Below are positions 8,374 to 16,108 of a DNA stretch of 32,000 nucleotides, piece after piece. The DNA comes from an uncultured bacterium (GTDB lineage Bacteria; Auribacterota; JACPWU01). Where the stretch lies: positions 516,403-548,402 of the forward strand of contig CAZXEQ010000001.1 of the NCBI GenBank assembly GCA_964640155.1. Reading direction: 5' to 3'. The notes under the pieces are model-generated. The model saw only the letters and a list, made by a program, of their open reading frames with translations. It made no database searches and had not been told where the DNA came from. How positions within the stretch are numbered: position 1 is the first letter of the stretch; every line of letters starts with the position of its first letter. A program made the translations under genes and the position numbers.

Positions 8374-10677
8374 ATGGAAATAAAAACAAAGTCTGATCTA
8401 CAACAAATTGCAGTCATTGGTGGCTACTTGCCGAGGCAATGTGGTATCGCTACTTTTACCAGTGATTTGTGCGAGTCGCTGGCCACTCAGTTTCCAGCCA
8501 GCCAATTTTTTGCAGTACCGGTTACAGACGCACAAGCCGGGTACGACTACCCTCCACGCGTCCGCTTTGAGTTTGCGGAACGTGACATCGACTCCTATAC
8601 AGGAGCGGCAGATTTCTTGAATCTTAATGATGTCGATATCGTCTCTGTTCAACATGAATATGGAATTTTTGGAGGTTCAGCGGGCAGTTATCTTTTAGCT
8701 CTGTTGCGTGATTTACGTATGCCGGTCGTTACAACACTACACACCATTCTTCAAAATCCAAATCCCGATCAGAGGCAAGTCATGGGAGAAATTGGACGTT
8801 TATCAGATCGTCTGGTGGTGATGAGCCACCGTGGAAAACAATTTCTTCAGGAGATTTACAAAATACCCCCTGAGAAAATAGATTTGATACCCCATGGCAT
8901 TCCTGATGTACCTTTTACAGACTCCAGTTTTTTCAAGGACAAATTGGGGGTGGAAGGTCGATTTGTTTTGCTCTCTTTCGGACTTCTTTCAGCAAATAAA
9001 GGCCTTGAAAATGTTATAGAAGCACTCCCTGCGATCATCGCTCGCTACCCTAACGTCGTATATGTGGTCGTTGGCGCAACACATCCGCATGTTCGTCAAA
9101 GTGAAGGGGAATCTTATCGACTTTACTTGGAACAATTAGCGCAAGACCTTGGCGTGGCACATTGTGTGATTTTTCACAATCGCTTCGTCAGCATCAACGA
9201 ACTATTAGAATTCATCGGGGCAGCAGACATCTACATCACGCCGTATCTGAACCCGGCTCAAATTGTTTCTGGTACTTTAGCTTACACCGTGGGCGCTGGC
9301 AAGGCAGTTATCTCGACTCCTTATTGGCACGCAGAAGAATTGCTGGCTGAGGGCCGAGGACTATTAGTCCCTTTTAAAAATCCCCAAGCCATCGCAGAGC
9401 AAGTCTTATATCTACTGACTAATGAGACAGCACGACATGCGATGCGAAAGCAAGCTTACTTACATGCCCGAAATATGATTTGGCCGGCAGTTGCCCAACA
9501 ATATATGTCTTCTTTTGAACGAGCACGTGACGAACGTCGACAGAAACCACGTGCCATGTTTGTGGCTCCGACTCTTGACAAAAGGCCTCGAGCCTTGCCA
9601 GATATTGATCTAGCACATATTCACAGAATGACCGACGATATTGGAATTCTTCAACATGCAATTATTACTGTTCCCAGTTACGCTGAGGGCTACACCACAG
9701 ACGACAATGCACGAGCACTGGGACTGACCGCTCTGATTGAGCAATTCGGAGAAATTGCATTGCCCGAGGTTCAAAATCTCATGTCCCGATATCTTGGATT
9801 TCTTTGGTACGCCTATAACGCTCAGACGGGGCGGTTTCGTAATTTTCTCTCTTTTGATCGTCGCTGGACGGAGGATGTGGGCTCTGAGGATTCTCACGGA
9901 CGTGCACTTTGGGGACTGGGTTGTTTACTCGGGCACTCGCACAATTTAGGATTACGGGGTTCAGCAAGTCGGCTTTTCCAACTCGCCTTACCTGCTGCGA
10001 TAGATTTAAAGAGCCCTCGCGCCTGGGCCTTCACCATTACAAGCTTACATGAATACTTGAAACAATTTCAGGGAGACAGAACCGCAACAACGGTTCGAGA
10101 TACTCTTGTACAGAAATTGATGGATTCCTATCTCGCTCACAGCACCCCCGATCGACCGTGGTTTGAAGACTCCCTCTCCTACTGCAATGCCCATCTTCCA
10201 TGTGCTTTACTTTTAGGCGGACAAAGTTTGGGAAAACCTGAAATGACGCAAGCGGGATTGAAAGCATTGGAATGGCTTGTAGGCGTTCAGCGACCCGAAG
10301 GCAAACATTTTGTACCCATCGGATCCAATGGATTTTATCCGAATGGCGGAACTCGAGCACGCTTTGATCAGCAGCCGATTGAAGCTTACGCAACTCTCTC
10401 CGCTTGCCTAGAAGCACATCGTATTACAGGGGAGGAACGTTGGAAAAAAGAGGCACAACACGCATTCGATTGGTTTTTAGGTCGTAACGATTTACGGCTC
10501 TCTTTGTATGATGCTGCGACGGGTGGCTGTCGTGATGGTCTACACTCAGACCGATTGAATCAAAATGAAGGAGCTGAATCTACTCTCGCATTTCTGCTTT
10601 CTCTTCTGGAATGGCGATTATCAGAAAACGTTATCATCAATGGAAGGAAAACAAGCAATGGCAATCATCGGACATGA
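8374..10677 (+). CDS. GT4-family glycosyltransferase fused to a ~370-aa C-terminal domain of unknown function
   Basis: ORF 8356-10677 (GTG). The ATG at 8374 gives MEIKTKSDLQQIAVIGGYLPRQCGIATFT. The N-terminal ~400 aa have a GT-B/GT4 pattern (VSVQHEYGIFGG, LLSFGLLSANKGLE, ADIYITPYLNPAQIVSGTLAYTVGAGKAVISTP). The C-terminal part (HIHRMTDDIGILQHA...YTTDDNARAL...WFLGRN) is helical-repeat-like. Confidence 0.85.
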   Translation: MEIKTKSDLQQIAVIGGYLPRQCGIATFTSDLCESLATQFPASQFFAVPVTDAQAGYDYPPRVRFEFAERDIDSYTGAADFLNLNDVDIVSVQHEYGIFGGSAGSYLLALLRDLRMPVVTTLHTILQNPNPDQRQVMGEIGRLSDRLVVMSHRGKQFLQEIYKIPPEKIDLIPHGIPDVPFTDSSFFKDKLGVEGRFVLLSFGLLSANKGLENVIEALPAIIARYPNVVYVVVGATHPHVRQSEGESYRLYLEQLAQDLGVAHCVIFHNRFVSINELLEFIGAADIYITPYLNPAQIVSGTLAYTVGAGKAVISTPYWHAEELLAEGRGLLVPFKNPQAIAEQVLYLLTNETARHAMRKQAYLHARNMIWPAVAQQYMSSFERARDERRQKPRAMFVAPTLDKRPRALPDIDLAHIHRMTDDIGILQHAIITVPSYAEGYTTDDNARALGLTALIEQFGEIALPEVQNLMSRYLGFLWYAYNAQTGRFRNFLSFDRRWTEDVGSEDSHGRALWGLGCLLGHSHNLGLRGSASRLFQLALPAAIDLKSPRAWAFTITSLHEYLKQFQGDRTATTVRDTLVQKLMDSYLAHSTPDRPWFEDSLSYCNAHLPCALLLGGQSLGKPEMTQAGLKALEWLVGVQRPEGKHFVPIGSNGFYPNGGTRARFDQQPIEAYATLSACLEAHRITGEERWKKEAQHAFDWFLGRNDLRLSLYDAATGGCRDGLHSDRLNQNEGAESTLAFLLSLLEWRLSENVIINGRKTSNGNHRT

Positions 10678-11602
10678 TATTTTATTTGAACGTTACAATC
10701 GAAACCCAATCCTGAGTGTCGCATCTTGGCCGTACCCCGCTAATACAGTCTTTAATCCAGGGGCCACACTATTAGAGGATGGTACTACACTCCTACTCTG
10801 TCGTGTGGAGGATAGGCGTGGACATTCTCATCTCTGTGCAGCAAGATCTGTAGACGGAATTGAAGGTTGGCAAATTGACAAAGAACCTACCCTGTTGGCC
10901 GATCCCATACAATATCCAGAGGAGATCTGGGGTATTGAAGACCCACGCATCACTTATTTAGCTGAATTAGAAAAATTTGCCATCGTCTATACCTCCTTTT
11001 CACGGGGAGGACCTGGCGTATCTCTTGCTCTCACCCAAGACTTCAAACACTTTGAGCGATTGGGCATGGTGATGTCACCGGAGGACAAAGACGCAGCACT
11101 TTTTCCACGAAGAATTGGAAAATACTGGGCCATGATTCACCGACCTGTCGGTCCCCTTGGAGCCCACATGTGGATTTCCTATTCCCCCGATTTACGGCAC
11201 TGGGGAAGCCATGAACTGATGCTTGAAGCACGGCGTGGCTCCTGGTGGGACGCAAACAAAATTGGGCTATGCTCACCTCCTATCGAAACTCCTGAGGGCT
11301 GGCTCGTCATTTATCATGGGGTTCGCCAAACCGCTGCCGGCTGTTTGTACCGACTGGGACTCGCCTTATTCGATCTTCAAAAACCAGCTAAATGTCTTCG
11401 TCGCAGTCCTGCTTGGGTTTTTGGTCCAGAAGCTCCCTACGAACTTGAGGGTGACGTAGATAAAGTAGTTTTCCCATGCGGTCACACCATCGCGCCGGAC
11501 GGCGACACCATTCAAATCTATTATGGGGCTGCTGATACATGCGTCTGTTTGGCCACCGGAAGCATACGGTCTCTCTTGGCCTGGCTCAAAGAAAACGGAT
11601 AA
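10658..11602 (+). CDS. GH130-family glycosidase/phosphorylase-like protein (PH1107-related glycosidase)
   Basis: ORF 10565-11602. ATG 10658 (MAIIGHDILFERYNRNPIL) is preceded by GGAAGGA and overlaps the GT stop by 20 nt. Motifs NPGATLLEDGTTLLLCRVEDRRG, WGIEDPRITY, EDKDAALFPRRI and YYGAADT are typical of GH130 five-bladed propellers. Confidence 0.85.
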   Translation: MAIIGHDILFERYNRNPILSVASWPYPANTVFNPGATLLEDGTTLLLCRVEDRRGHSHLCAARSVDGIEGWQIDKEPTLLADPIQYPEEIWGIEDPRITYLAELEKFAIVYTSFSRGGPGVSLALTQDFKHFERLGMVMSPEDKDAALFPRRIGKYWAMIHRPVGPLGAHMWISYSPDLRHWGSHELMLEARRGSWWDANKIGLCSPPIETPEGWLVIYHGVRQTAAGCLYRLGLALFDLQKPAKCLRRSPAWVFGPEAPYELEGDVDKVVFPCGHTIAPDGDTIQIYYGAADTCVCLATGSIRSLLAWLKENG

Positions 11603-11637
11603 ATGACCTGATTTTCTAACACTCAAATAATTTAAGG

Positions 11638-11681
11638 TAGGGTTACACCCCATAGCACAGGATCATTACATGACGTAGCAT
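11638..11681 (+). promoter_or_regulatory. Island promoter copy C: dyad TAGGGT-TAC-ACCCCA (11638-11652) plus TAGCAT (11676-11681)
   Basis: Dyad centre 11645 is 31 nt from the hexamer. The downstream ATG is at 11726. Confidence 0.55.
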
Positions 11682-11725
11682 CATATTCGTATGAAGTTAC
11701 AAAAAAATTCAAAAGGAGTCATCTT

Positions 11726-12079
11726 ATGAAAAAACTTTTTTTACTTCTCTTACCAGTCTTAATGTTTTTTTCAACACCCTCTCTGTATGCTTACCATGAT
11801 TATGACTCGTCTGGTTATTATGGACACCGGGATCGATTTTTGTTTTGTCCTGGCTGCAATCGCTACCATTATCGTAGTCATCCTCACTTTCAACAGATCT
11901 ATAGTACAGGAGATTACTATCATCCTCGTGCTACCCATTATGGGGCACATAAAGACAGAGCAGGTCAACATGTCCGTACGGAGAATGTTACAAACCCCTA
12001 TCAGCATGGCGTACGTCATGGAAATCGTTATAGATCAAATGAAGGACAACATTCAGGAAGCTACTACAGACATGAATAA
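11726..12079 (+). CDS. secreted His/Tyr/Arg-rich low-complexity protein (117 aa)
   Basis: SD AAAGGAG precedes the ATG. The signal peptide reads MKKLFLLLLPVLMFFSTPSLYA. The mature part is rich in H, Y, R and G (YHDYDSSGYYGHRDRFLFCPGCNRYHYRSHPHF...GSYYRHE). Confidence 0.6.
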   Translation: MKKLFLLLLPVLMFFSTPSLYAYHDYDSSGYYGHRDRFLFCPGCNRYHYRSHPHFQQIYSTGDYYHPRATHYGAHKDRAGQHVRTENVTNPYQHGVRHGNRYRSNEGQHSGSYYRHE

Positions 12080-12117
12080 TTTATCCTTATATTTTATTTG
12101 ATAGCCGGACTCCTCAC

Positions 12118-13239
12118 ATGTCGGGAATAACTTCAGATCGTCTCAAACGAAGCAAAGAAAAGATCATATCCCTGTGGGAACAGCGCGCCCTAAAAGAGAT
12201 TCCATCTGCAGGGATGGTATCCACTCTGATTCTGAGGAACTCAATACCCGTTTATTTAGAACATCTGGCTAAGTCTCTTTCTACAAGCCAAAAAATGGAT
12301 AGTAAGTCTGTTTTTGATCACGACGCGGAAGCAATGCGAATTGGGAAACTTCATGGCAGTGAAAGAGCGGGAAGCGTCCATTATATTCTGAGTGAGGTGA
12401 TCTCTGAATATCACATCTTAAGAGAAGTCATTTTCCAAGTTTTGGAAGAGGAAGATCCCCTCTCTAAAGATGAACGTGACATCATTTTAGATTCAATAGA
12501 ACAAATCATAAACGATGCTGCCGTTAAATTCACACAAGTCCACTCAGACATACAACAGAAGTTTATCAATACTTTAACTCACGATCTGAAGAGTCCTCTT
12601 ACTGTCGCAAAAGCGAGTGCACAACTCATTTTAAAGCAACCTGATATATCTGACGTTAGTATAAGTTTTGCAAAAAAAATTGTTGCAAGCATAAACCGTC
12701 TGGACGCCATGATTCATGATCTTTTAGATGCGAGTAGAATTCGTGCTGGTGAAGAACTAACGCTTCAATTTACTGAATACGACTTGGACGCTCTTATCCA
12801 CGAAGTGATTGATGAAATGGTTATTGTTCATGGCGACCGTTTCATATTACACTCCCCAACTCAAGTCATGGGACATTGGGGATGTGACGGACTCAGACGA
12901 ACGATAGAGAATTTGATTGGCAATGCAGTCAAATATTCTACGCCTGAAACTCCAATTACAATTTCGTTAAAAAAAATGGATACTTTTGTCCAGCTTGTTG
13001 TCCACAACGAGGGAGCAGCCATCCCTGAAAAAGAACAACCCTTTTTATTCCAGCAATTTCGACGGGTTAAGAATGATAATGAAAGCATGAACACCGGCTG
13101 GGGATTAGGTCTTACCTTGGTAAAAGGGGTTGTAGATGCTCATAAGGGAACCGTTCGTGTCGAAAGTGTAACAGGACGCGGAACAAGTTTTATTATTGAA
13201 ATCCCTCTTTCTAAACTTCCATCCTTGGTACAAGTTTAA
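12118..13239 (+). CDS. cytoplasmic sensor histidine kinase (HisKA + HATPase_c) with a ~140-aa helical N-terminal domain; no cognate regulator adjacent
   Basis: 373 aa. The H-box is FINTLTHDLKSPL and the N, G1 and G2 boxes are NLIGNAVKYS, HNEGAAIP and GWGLGLTLV. No TM segment is present. Confidence 0.85.
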   Translation: MSGITSDRLKRSKEKIISLWEQRALKEIPSAGMVSTLILRNSIPVYLEHLAKSLSTSQKMDSKSVFDHDAEAMRIGKLHGSERAGSVHYILSEVISEYHILREVIFQVLEEEDPLSKDERDIILDSIEQIINDAAVKFTQVHSDIQQKFINTLTHDLKSPLTVAKASAQLILKQPDISDVSISFAKKIVASINRLDAMIHDLLDASRIRAGEELTLQFTEYDLDALIHEVIDEMVIVHGDRFILHSPTQVMGHWGCDGLRRTIENLIGNAVKYSTPETPITISLKKMDTFVQLVVHNEGAAIPEKEQPFLFQQFRRVKNDNESMNTGWGLGLTLVKGVVDAHKGTVRVESVTGRGTSFIIEIPLSKLPSLVQV

Positions 13240-13283
13240 AGTTTCCGCTCTCATTATTTGAGTAACACCTCCCATCGTTCAAG

Positions 13284-13327
13284 TAGGGTTACACCCCATA
13301 GCAAAGGACCCGCCTATAGCGTAGGAT
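13284..13327 (+). promoter_or_regulatory. Island promoter copy D: dyad TAGGGT-TAC-ACCCCA (13284-13298) plus TAGGAT (13322-13327)
   Basis: Dyad centre 13291 is 31 nt from the hexamer. The downstream ATG is at 13363. Confidence 0.55.
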
Positions 13328-13362
13328 GCACTTGAACAATAAACTAAAAAAGGAAATACAAA

Positions 13363-14142
13363 ATGAAAAAGAACATGACTCTGCTTCTCGCTATTGCATT
13401 TGCATTGCTGTTGACAGATCGAGCGCCACTTCGTGCCGCAGATACAGACAGTCGTATCGAAAACTCATTCAAAGACTCCTACGTCTATAAAACATTTCTT
13501 AAAGACGAGCACATCAAAATCAGTTCAAAAGATGGAGTTGTAACTTTGTCAGGCGATGTATTTGATCCATCTCATAAACCTATGGCCCAGGATACTGCTG
13601 AAGCTTTACCAGGGGTCAAGAGCGTGGACAATCGCATTGAACTCTCAGGGGAACAAGCTGCCGAGCGCTCAGATACATGGATCAGCATGAAAGTAAAATC
13701 AGCGCTGCTCTATCGCCGTAGCGTAAGCGGTCTCGACACTGAAGTTTTTGTGAAGGATGGAATCGTCACATTAAAAGGTGAAGCCAGCAATACCGCACAA
13801 AGAGATCTAACGACTCAATACGCTCAAGATATAGATGGTGTCAAAAGCGTCAATAATGAAATGAGTATTGCTAAGGCTCCGAAAGAAGATATCCGAACAA
13901 CGGATGAAAAAATTGATGATGCTTCCATCACAGCTCAAATTAAAAGCACACTCCTTCTTCACCGTTCAACCAGCACACTAAGGACGGATGTAGAGACAAA
14001 AGAGGGCGAAGTCACACTAACGGGTGATGCGAAGAACCAAGCAGAAAAAGACTTGGTCAGTAAACTCGTAGGTGACATTAATGGTGTAAAAAGCGTGAAT
14101 AACAACATGACCATAGGGCAGAAATTAGCAAAGAACTCATAA
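13363..14142 (+). CDS. periplasmic BON-domain protein (three BON repeats, OsmY-like)
   Basis: 259 aa. The signal peptide reads MKKNMTLLLAIAFALLLTDRAPLRA. Three repeats follow the pattern ...(V/I)TL(S/K/T)G(D/E)...DI(D/N)GVKSVNN. Confidence 0.9.
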   Translation: MKKNMTLLLAIAFALLLTDRAPLRAADTDSRIENSFKDSYVYKTFLKDEHIKISSKDGVVTLSGDVFDPSHKPMAQDTAEALPGVKSVDNRIELSGEQAAERSDTWISMKVKSALLYRRSVSGLDTEVFVKDGIVTLKGEASNTAQRDLTTQYAQDIDGVKSVNNEMSIAKAPKEDIRTTDEKIDDASITAQIKSTLLLHRSTSTLRTDVETKEGEVTLTGDAKNQAEKDLVSKLVGDINGVKSVNNNMTIGQKLAKNS

Positions 14143-14159
14143 ACAGATAGATAACTACT

Positions 14160-14180
14160 GCGGGTGCGACATGCACCCGC
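14160..14180 (+). terminator. GC-rich hairpin between the BON gene and the next small gene (possible partial terminator or processing site)
   Basis: GCGGGTGC-GACAT-GCACCCGC, an 8-bp perfect stem. It is followed by TTGTAGTG rather than a clean U-run, hence the low confidence. Confidence 0.35.
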
Positions 14181-14216
14181 TTGTAGTGAATACAAAGTAA
14201 GAGAAAGGAGAATGCT

Positions 14217-14366
14217 ATGTTGTGGACAATTGCAGTAGTCATGTTCGTTCTGTGGGCACTAGGACTTGTCAGTAGTTACACAATGGGAGGGTTCATTCAT
14301 ATCCTACTGGTAGTTGCCATCGTCATGGTGCTCGTCAGCTTTATTTCAGGGCGACGAAAAGTATAG
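14217..14366 (+). CDS. lmo0937-family small membrane protein (49 aa)
   Basis: Below the ORF-track cutoff. SD GAAAGGAG precedes the ATG. Translation is MLWTIAVVMFVLWALGLVSSYTMGGFIHILLVVAIVMVLVSFISGRRKV, which matches my memory of the MLWTI...GGFIH(I/L)LLV...GRR family pattern. Confidence 0.75.
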   Translation: MLWTIAVVMFVLWALGLVSSYTMGGFIHILLVVAIVMVLVSFISGRRKV

Positions 14367-14400
14367 AAATTATTTGAGATAAAAATGGAGGAACAAAAAC

Positions 14401-14607
14401 ATGAACAAATCAATCTCTCTCGCACTTCTTGTAGGAGGCATTGCACTTATAATCATCGGGATCAATGCGACAGACTCGTTTAGCTCCGATGTTTCCCGGT
14501 TTTTCACAGGTTCTCCAACTGACAAGGCAATATGGATGCTCATCGGTGGTATCGCCGCATCAATCGTCGGAGCAGTAGGTCTAACGCGCGGATCATCAGC
14601 AGTTTGA
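14401..14607 (+). CDS. DUF3185-type small membrane protein (68 aa)
   Basis: SD GGAGGA precedes the ATG. Translation is MNKSISLALLVGGIALIIIGINATDSFSSDVSRFFTGSPTDKAIWMLIGGIAASIVGAVGL; the FTGSPTDK motif between two TM helices is characteristic. Confidence 0.8.
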   Translation: MNKSISLALLVGGIALIIIGINATDSFSSDVSRFFTGSPTDKAIWMLIGGIAASIVGAVGLTRGSSAV

Positions 14608-14649
14608 ATACAATCTCTTTTCTACCCAGTGTTCTATAAGGAATTCTTT

Positions 14650-14871
14650 ATGAGATCCAAAAATCTTAGTTCCAATCATTCTAATCACGCTCGCCCCTTT
14701 GATCTTCGATTACCAGGGCATCATTTATACGACCAGTGGATAGCGTATCAATTTCATTCTGGCTTACCTGGGGACCGAAAAAATCAAACATGCTCCACCA
14801 CCGCCGATTGTTGGAGTACCCATACGGGCTGGCGAAATCGTCTTACTAATCACGACCAACCGAAAGCCTAA
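14650..14871 (+). CDS. hypothetical protein (73 aa), doubtful
   Basis: ORF 14629-14871. The internal ATG 14650 has SD AAGGAA at a 7-nt spacing. The protein (MRSKNLSSNHSNHARPFDLRLPGHHLYDQW...) has no recognisable family and no TM or signal sequence. Confidence 0.3.
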   Translation: MRSKNLSSNHSNHARPFDLRLPGHHLYDQWIAYQFHSGLPGDRKNQTCSTTADCWSTHTGWRNRLTNHDQPKA

Positions 14872-15110
14872 CTATCTGTATCCACACAAAATAACTCTAA
14901 CAACACATGACAGAAGTAATTGTGCTATGGGGGTTATTACTTAAAGGGGGAAGTATTATGAAAAGAGCTCTATGGGATAACTTGCAGGAAGACAAAAGAA
15001 TGGAAGTGTTAGTATTTTCTTATATTGCATCGACTCTTAGAACGTAAAAAATACAGAACAGGATTGAACAAAAACCTAGGAAGTTTTATTTGTTTTTAAA
15101 CAAACCAATT

Positions 15111-15236
15111 TTATTTTCCTTGAATAGCCTCGCCCGTCTTCTCCACATCTTTGCCCAAACCTCTATATGCATTACAACCCACAACCAATGATGTGATAAC
15201 GACAAAACAGGCTAGAATAAACATGATTTTTTTCAT
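15111..15236 (-). CDS. entericidin A/B-type small lipoprotein (41 aa)
   Basis: Below the ORF-track cutoff. Translation is MKKIMFILACFVVITSLVVGCNAYRGLGKDVEKTGEAIQGK, with a lipobox-like VVGC followed by the N.xRG.G.D motif of entericidins. SD AAGGAGA lies upstream. Confidence 0.7.
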   Translation of the reverse strand: MKKIMFILACFVVITSLVVGCNAYRGLGKDVEKTGEAIQGK

Positions 15237-15283
15237 TTTTATCTCCTTAGTTTTGTAATGAACTATTCCCATATGAATCCCAT

Positions 15284-15907
15284 TTACACGTAGACACGCT
15301 CTCTCTTTTGCTTTGCAATATTAAATCGATCCTGGACTTCCTTCCAATAAATGGCTTTCAAGAAAGTGAGAATATATTGCTCTCGTTCTAAACCATAATC
15401 TGTCATAAAGGCATGTTCAAAAACATCCATGACGAGCATGAGCTCAGTACCAGCTAGAAAGCCTAAATCATGTTCGTTGATCCAAACATTAAAAAGCCTG
15501 TTTCCAATACTGTCATAAGCCAAAATAACCCATCCGATTCCTCGCATGGAACCCATCGCAACAAATTCTTTACGCCAGTTTTCGAATGATCCAAAATCTT
15601 GCGAAATTTTTTCGGATAAGGTACTTGCGGGTGCTAAGAGATTTATATCTTTTCCCATATTTCCGAAGTAATATTCATGCAGCCTCATGCCATTAAATTC
15701 CCACCCGAATCTGCGTTTTAACTCTGAGAATCCAGGTTTCTTATATTCCTCGGGAGTCTTGATTGAAGTAAAAAAATCACTCAATTGATTTGTATTTTTG
15801 ACATAGCCTTCGTACAACTTAAAATGAGTTTCTAATAGTCTATTGCTAAAGCCAGGGATTCCCAGCAAATACTCAAAACTCTTCGCTTCATAATGTTTAA
15901 CTATCAT
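15284..15907 (-). CDS. Fe/Mn-family superoxide dismutase
   Basis: 207 aa. The metal-ligand contexts are conserved: ETHFKLYEGYV, EFNGMRLHEYYF and MDVFEHAF. SD GAGGAA lies upstream. Confidence 0.88.
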   Translation of the reverse strand: MIVKHYEAKSFEYLLGIPGFSNRLLETHFKLYEGYVKNTNQLSDFFTSIKTPEEYKKPGFSELKRRFGWEFNGMRLHEYYFGNMGKDINLLAPASTLSEKISQDFGSFENWRKEFVAMGSMRGIGWVILAYDSIGNRLFNVWINEHDLGFLAGTELMLVMDVFEHAFMTDYGLEREQYILTFLKAIYWKEVQDRFNIAKQKRERVYV

Positions 15908-15922
15908 TTTTTCCTCTATTTC

Positions 15923-16081
15923 TTACAAACGACCTGTCAACAAAAGAACGACTACCACAATAACAATCACTGAAACAAGACCACTGGGCGCATATCCCCA
16001 ACTACGGCTATGGGGCCATGCTGGAATGATTCCCACCAATAAAAATACCAACACGATCGTCAACAACATTCCGATATTCAT
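15923..16081 (-). CDS. DUF3309-type small membrane protein (52 aa)
   Basis: Below the ORF-track cutoff. SD GAGGAG precedes the ATG. Translation is MNIGMLLTIVLVFLLVGIIPAWPHSRSWGYAPSGLVSVIVIVVVVLLLTGRL; the P.WP.SR.WGY.PSG motif is diagnostic as I recall it. Confidence 0.75.
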   Translation of the reverse strand: MNIGMLLTIVLVFLLVGIIPAWPHSRSWGYAPSGLVSVIVIVVVVLLLTGRL

Positions 16082-16108
16082 ATTTGTCTCCTCTTTATAT
16101 CAACTATC

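Noticed and set aside
14923-14945. GTGCTATGGGGGTTATTAC looks like a seventh, minus-strand copy of the island motif.
   Set aside because: Only the proximal half-site and the CATAGCAC tail are present. The distal half-site and a phased TAnnAT hexamer are missing, and I found no minus-strand ORF downstream of it. It is probably a decayed copy.
14958-15047. 29-aa ORF MKRALWDNLQEDKRMEVLVFSYIASTLRT with a good SD (GGGGGA, 6-nt spacing).
   Set aside because: It has no family resemblance, no TM or signal features, and it sits in a convergent intergenic region. It is too short to call without expression data.
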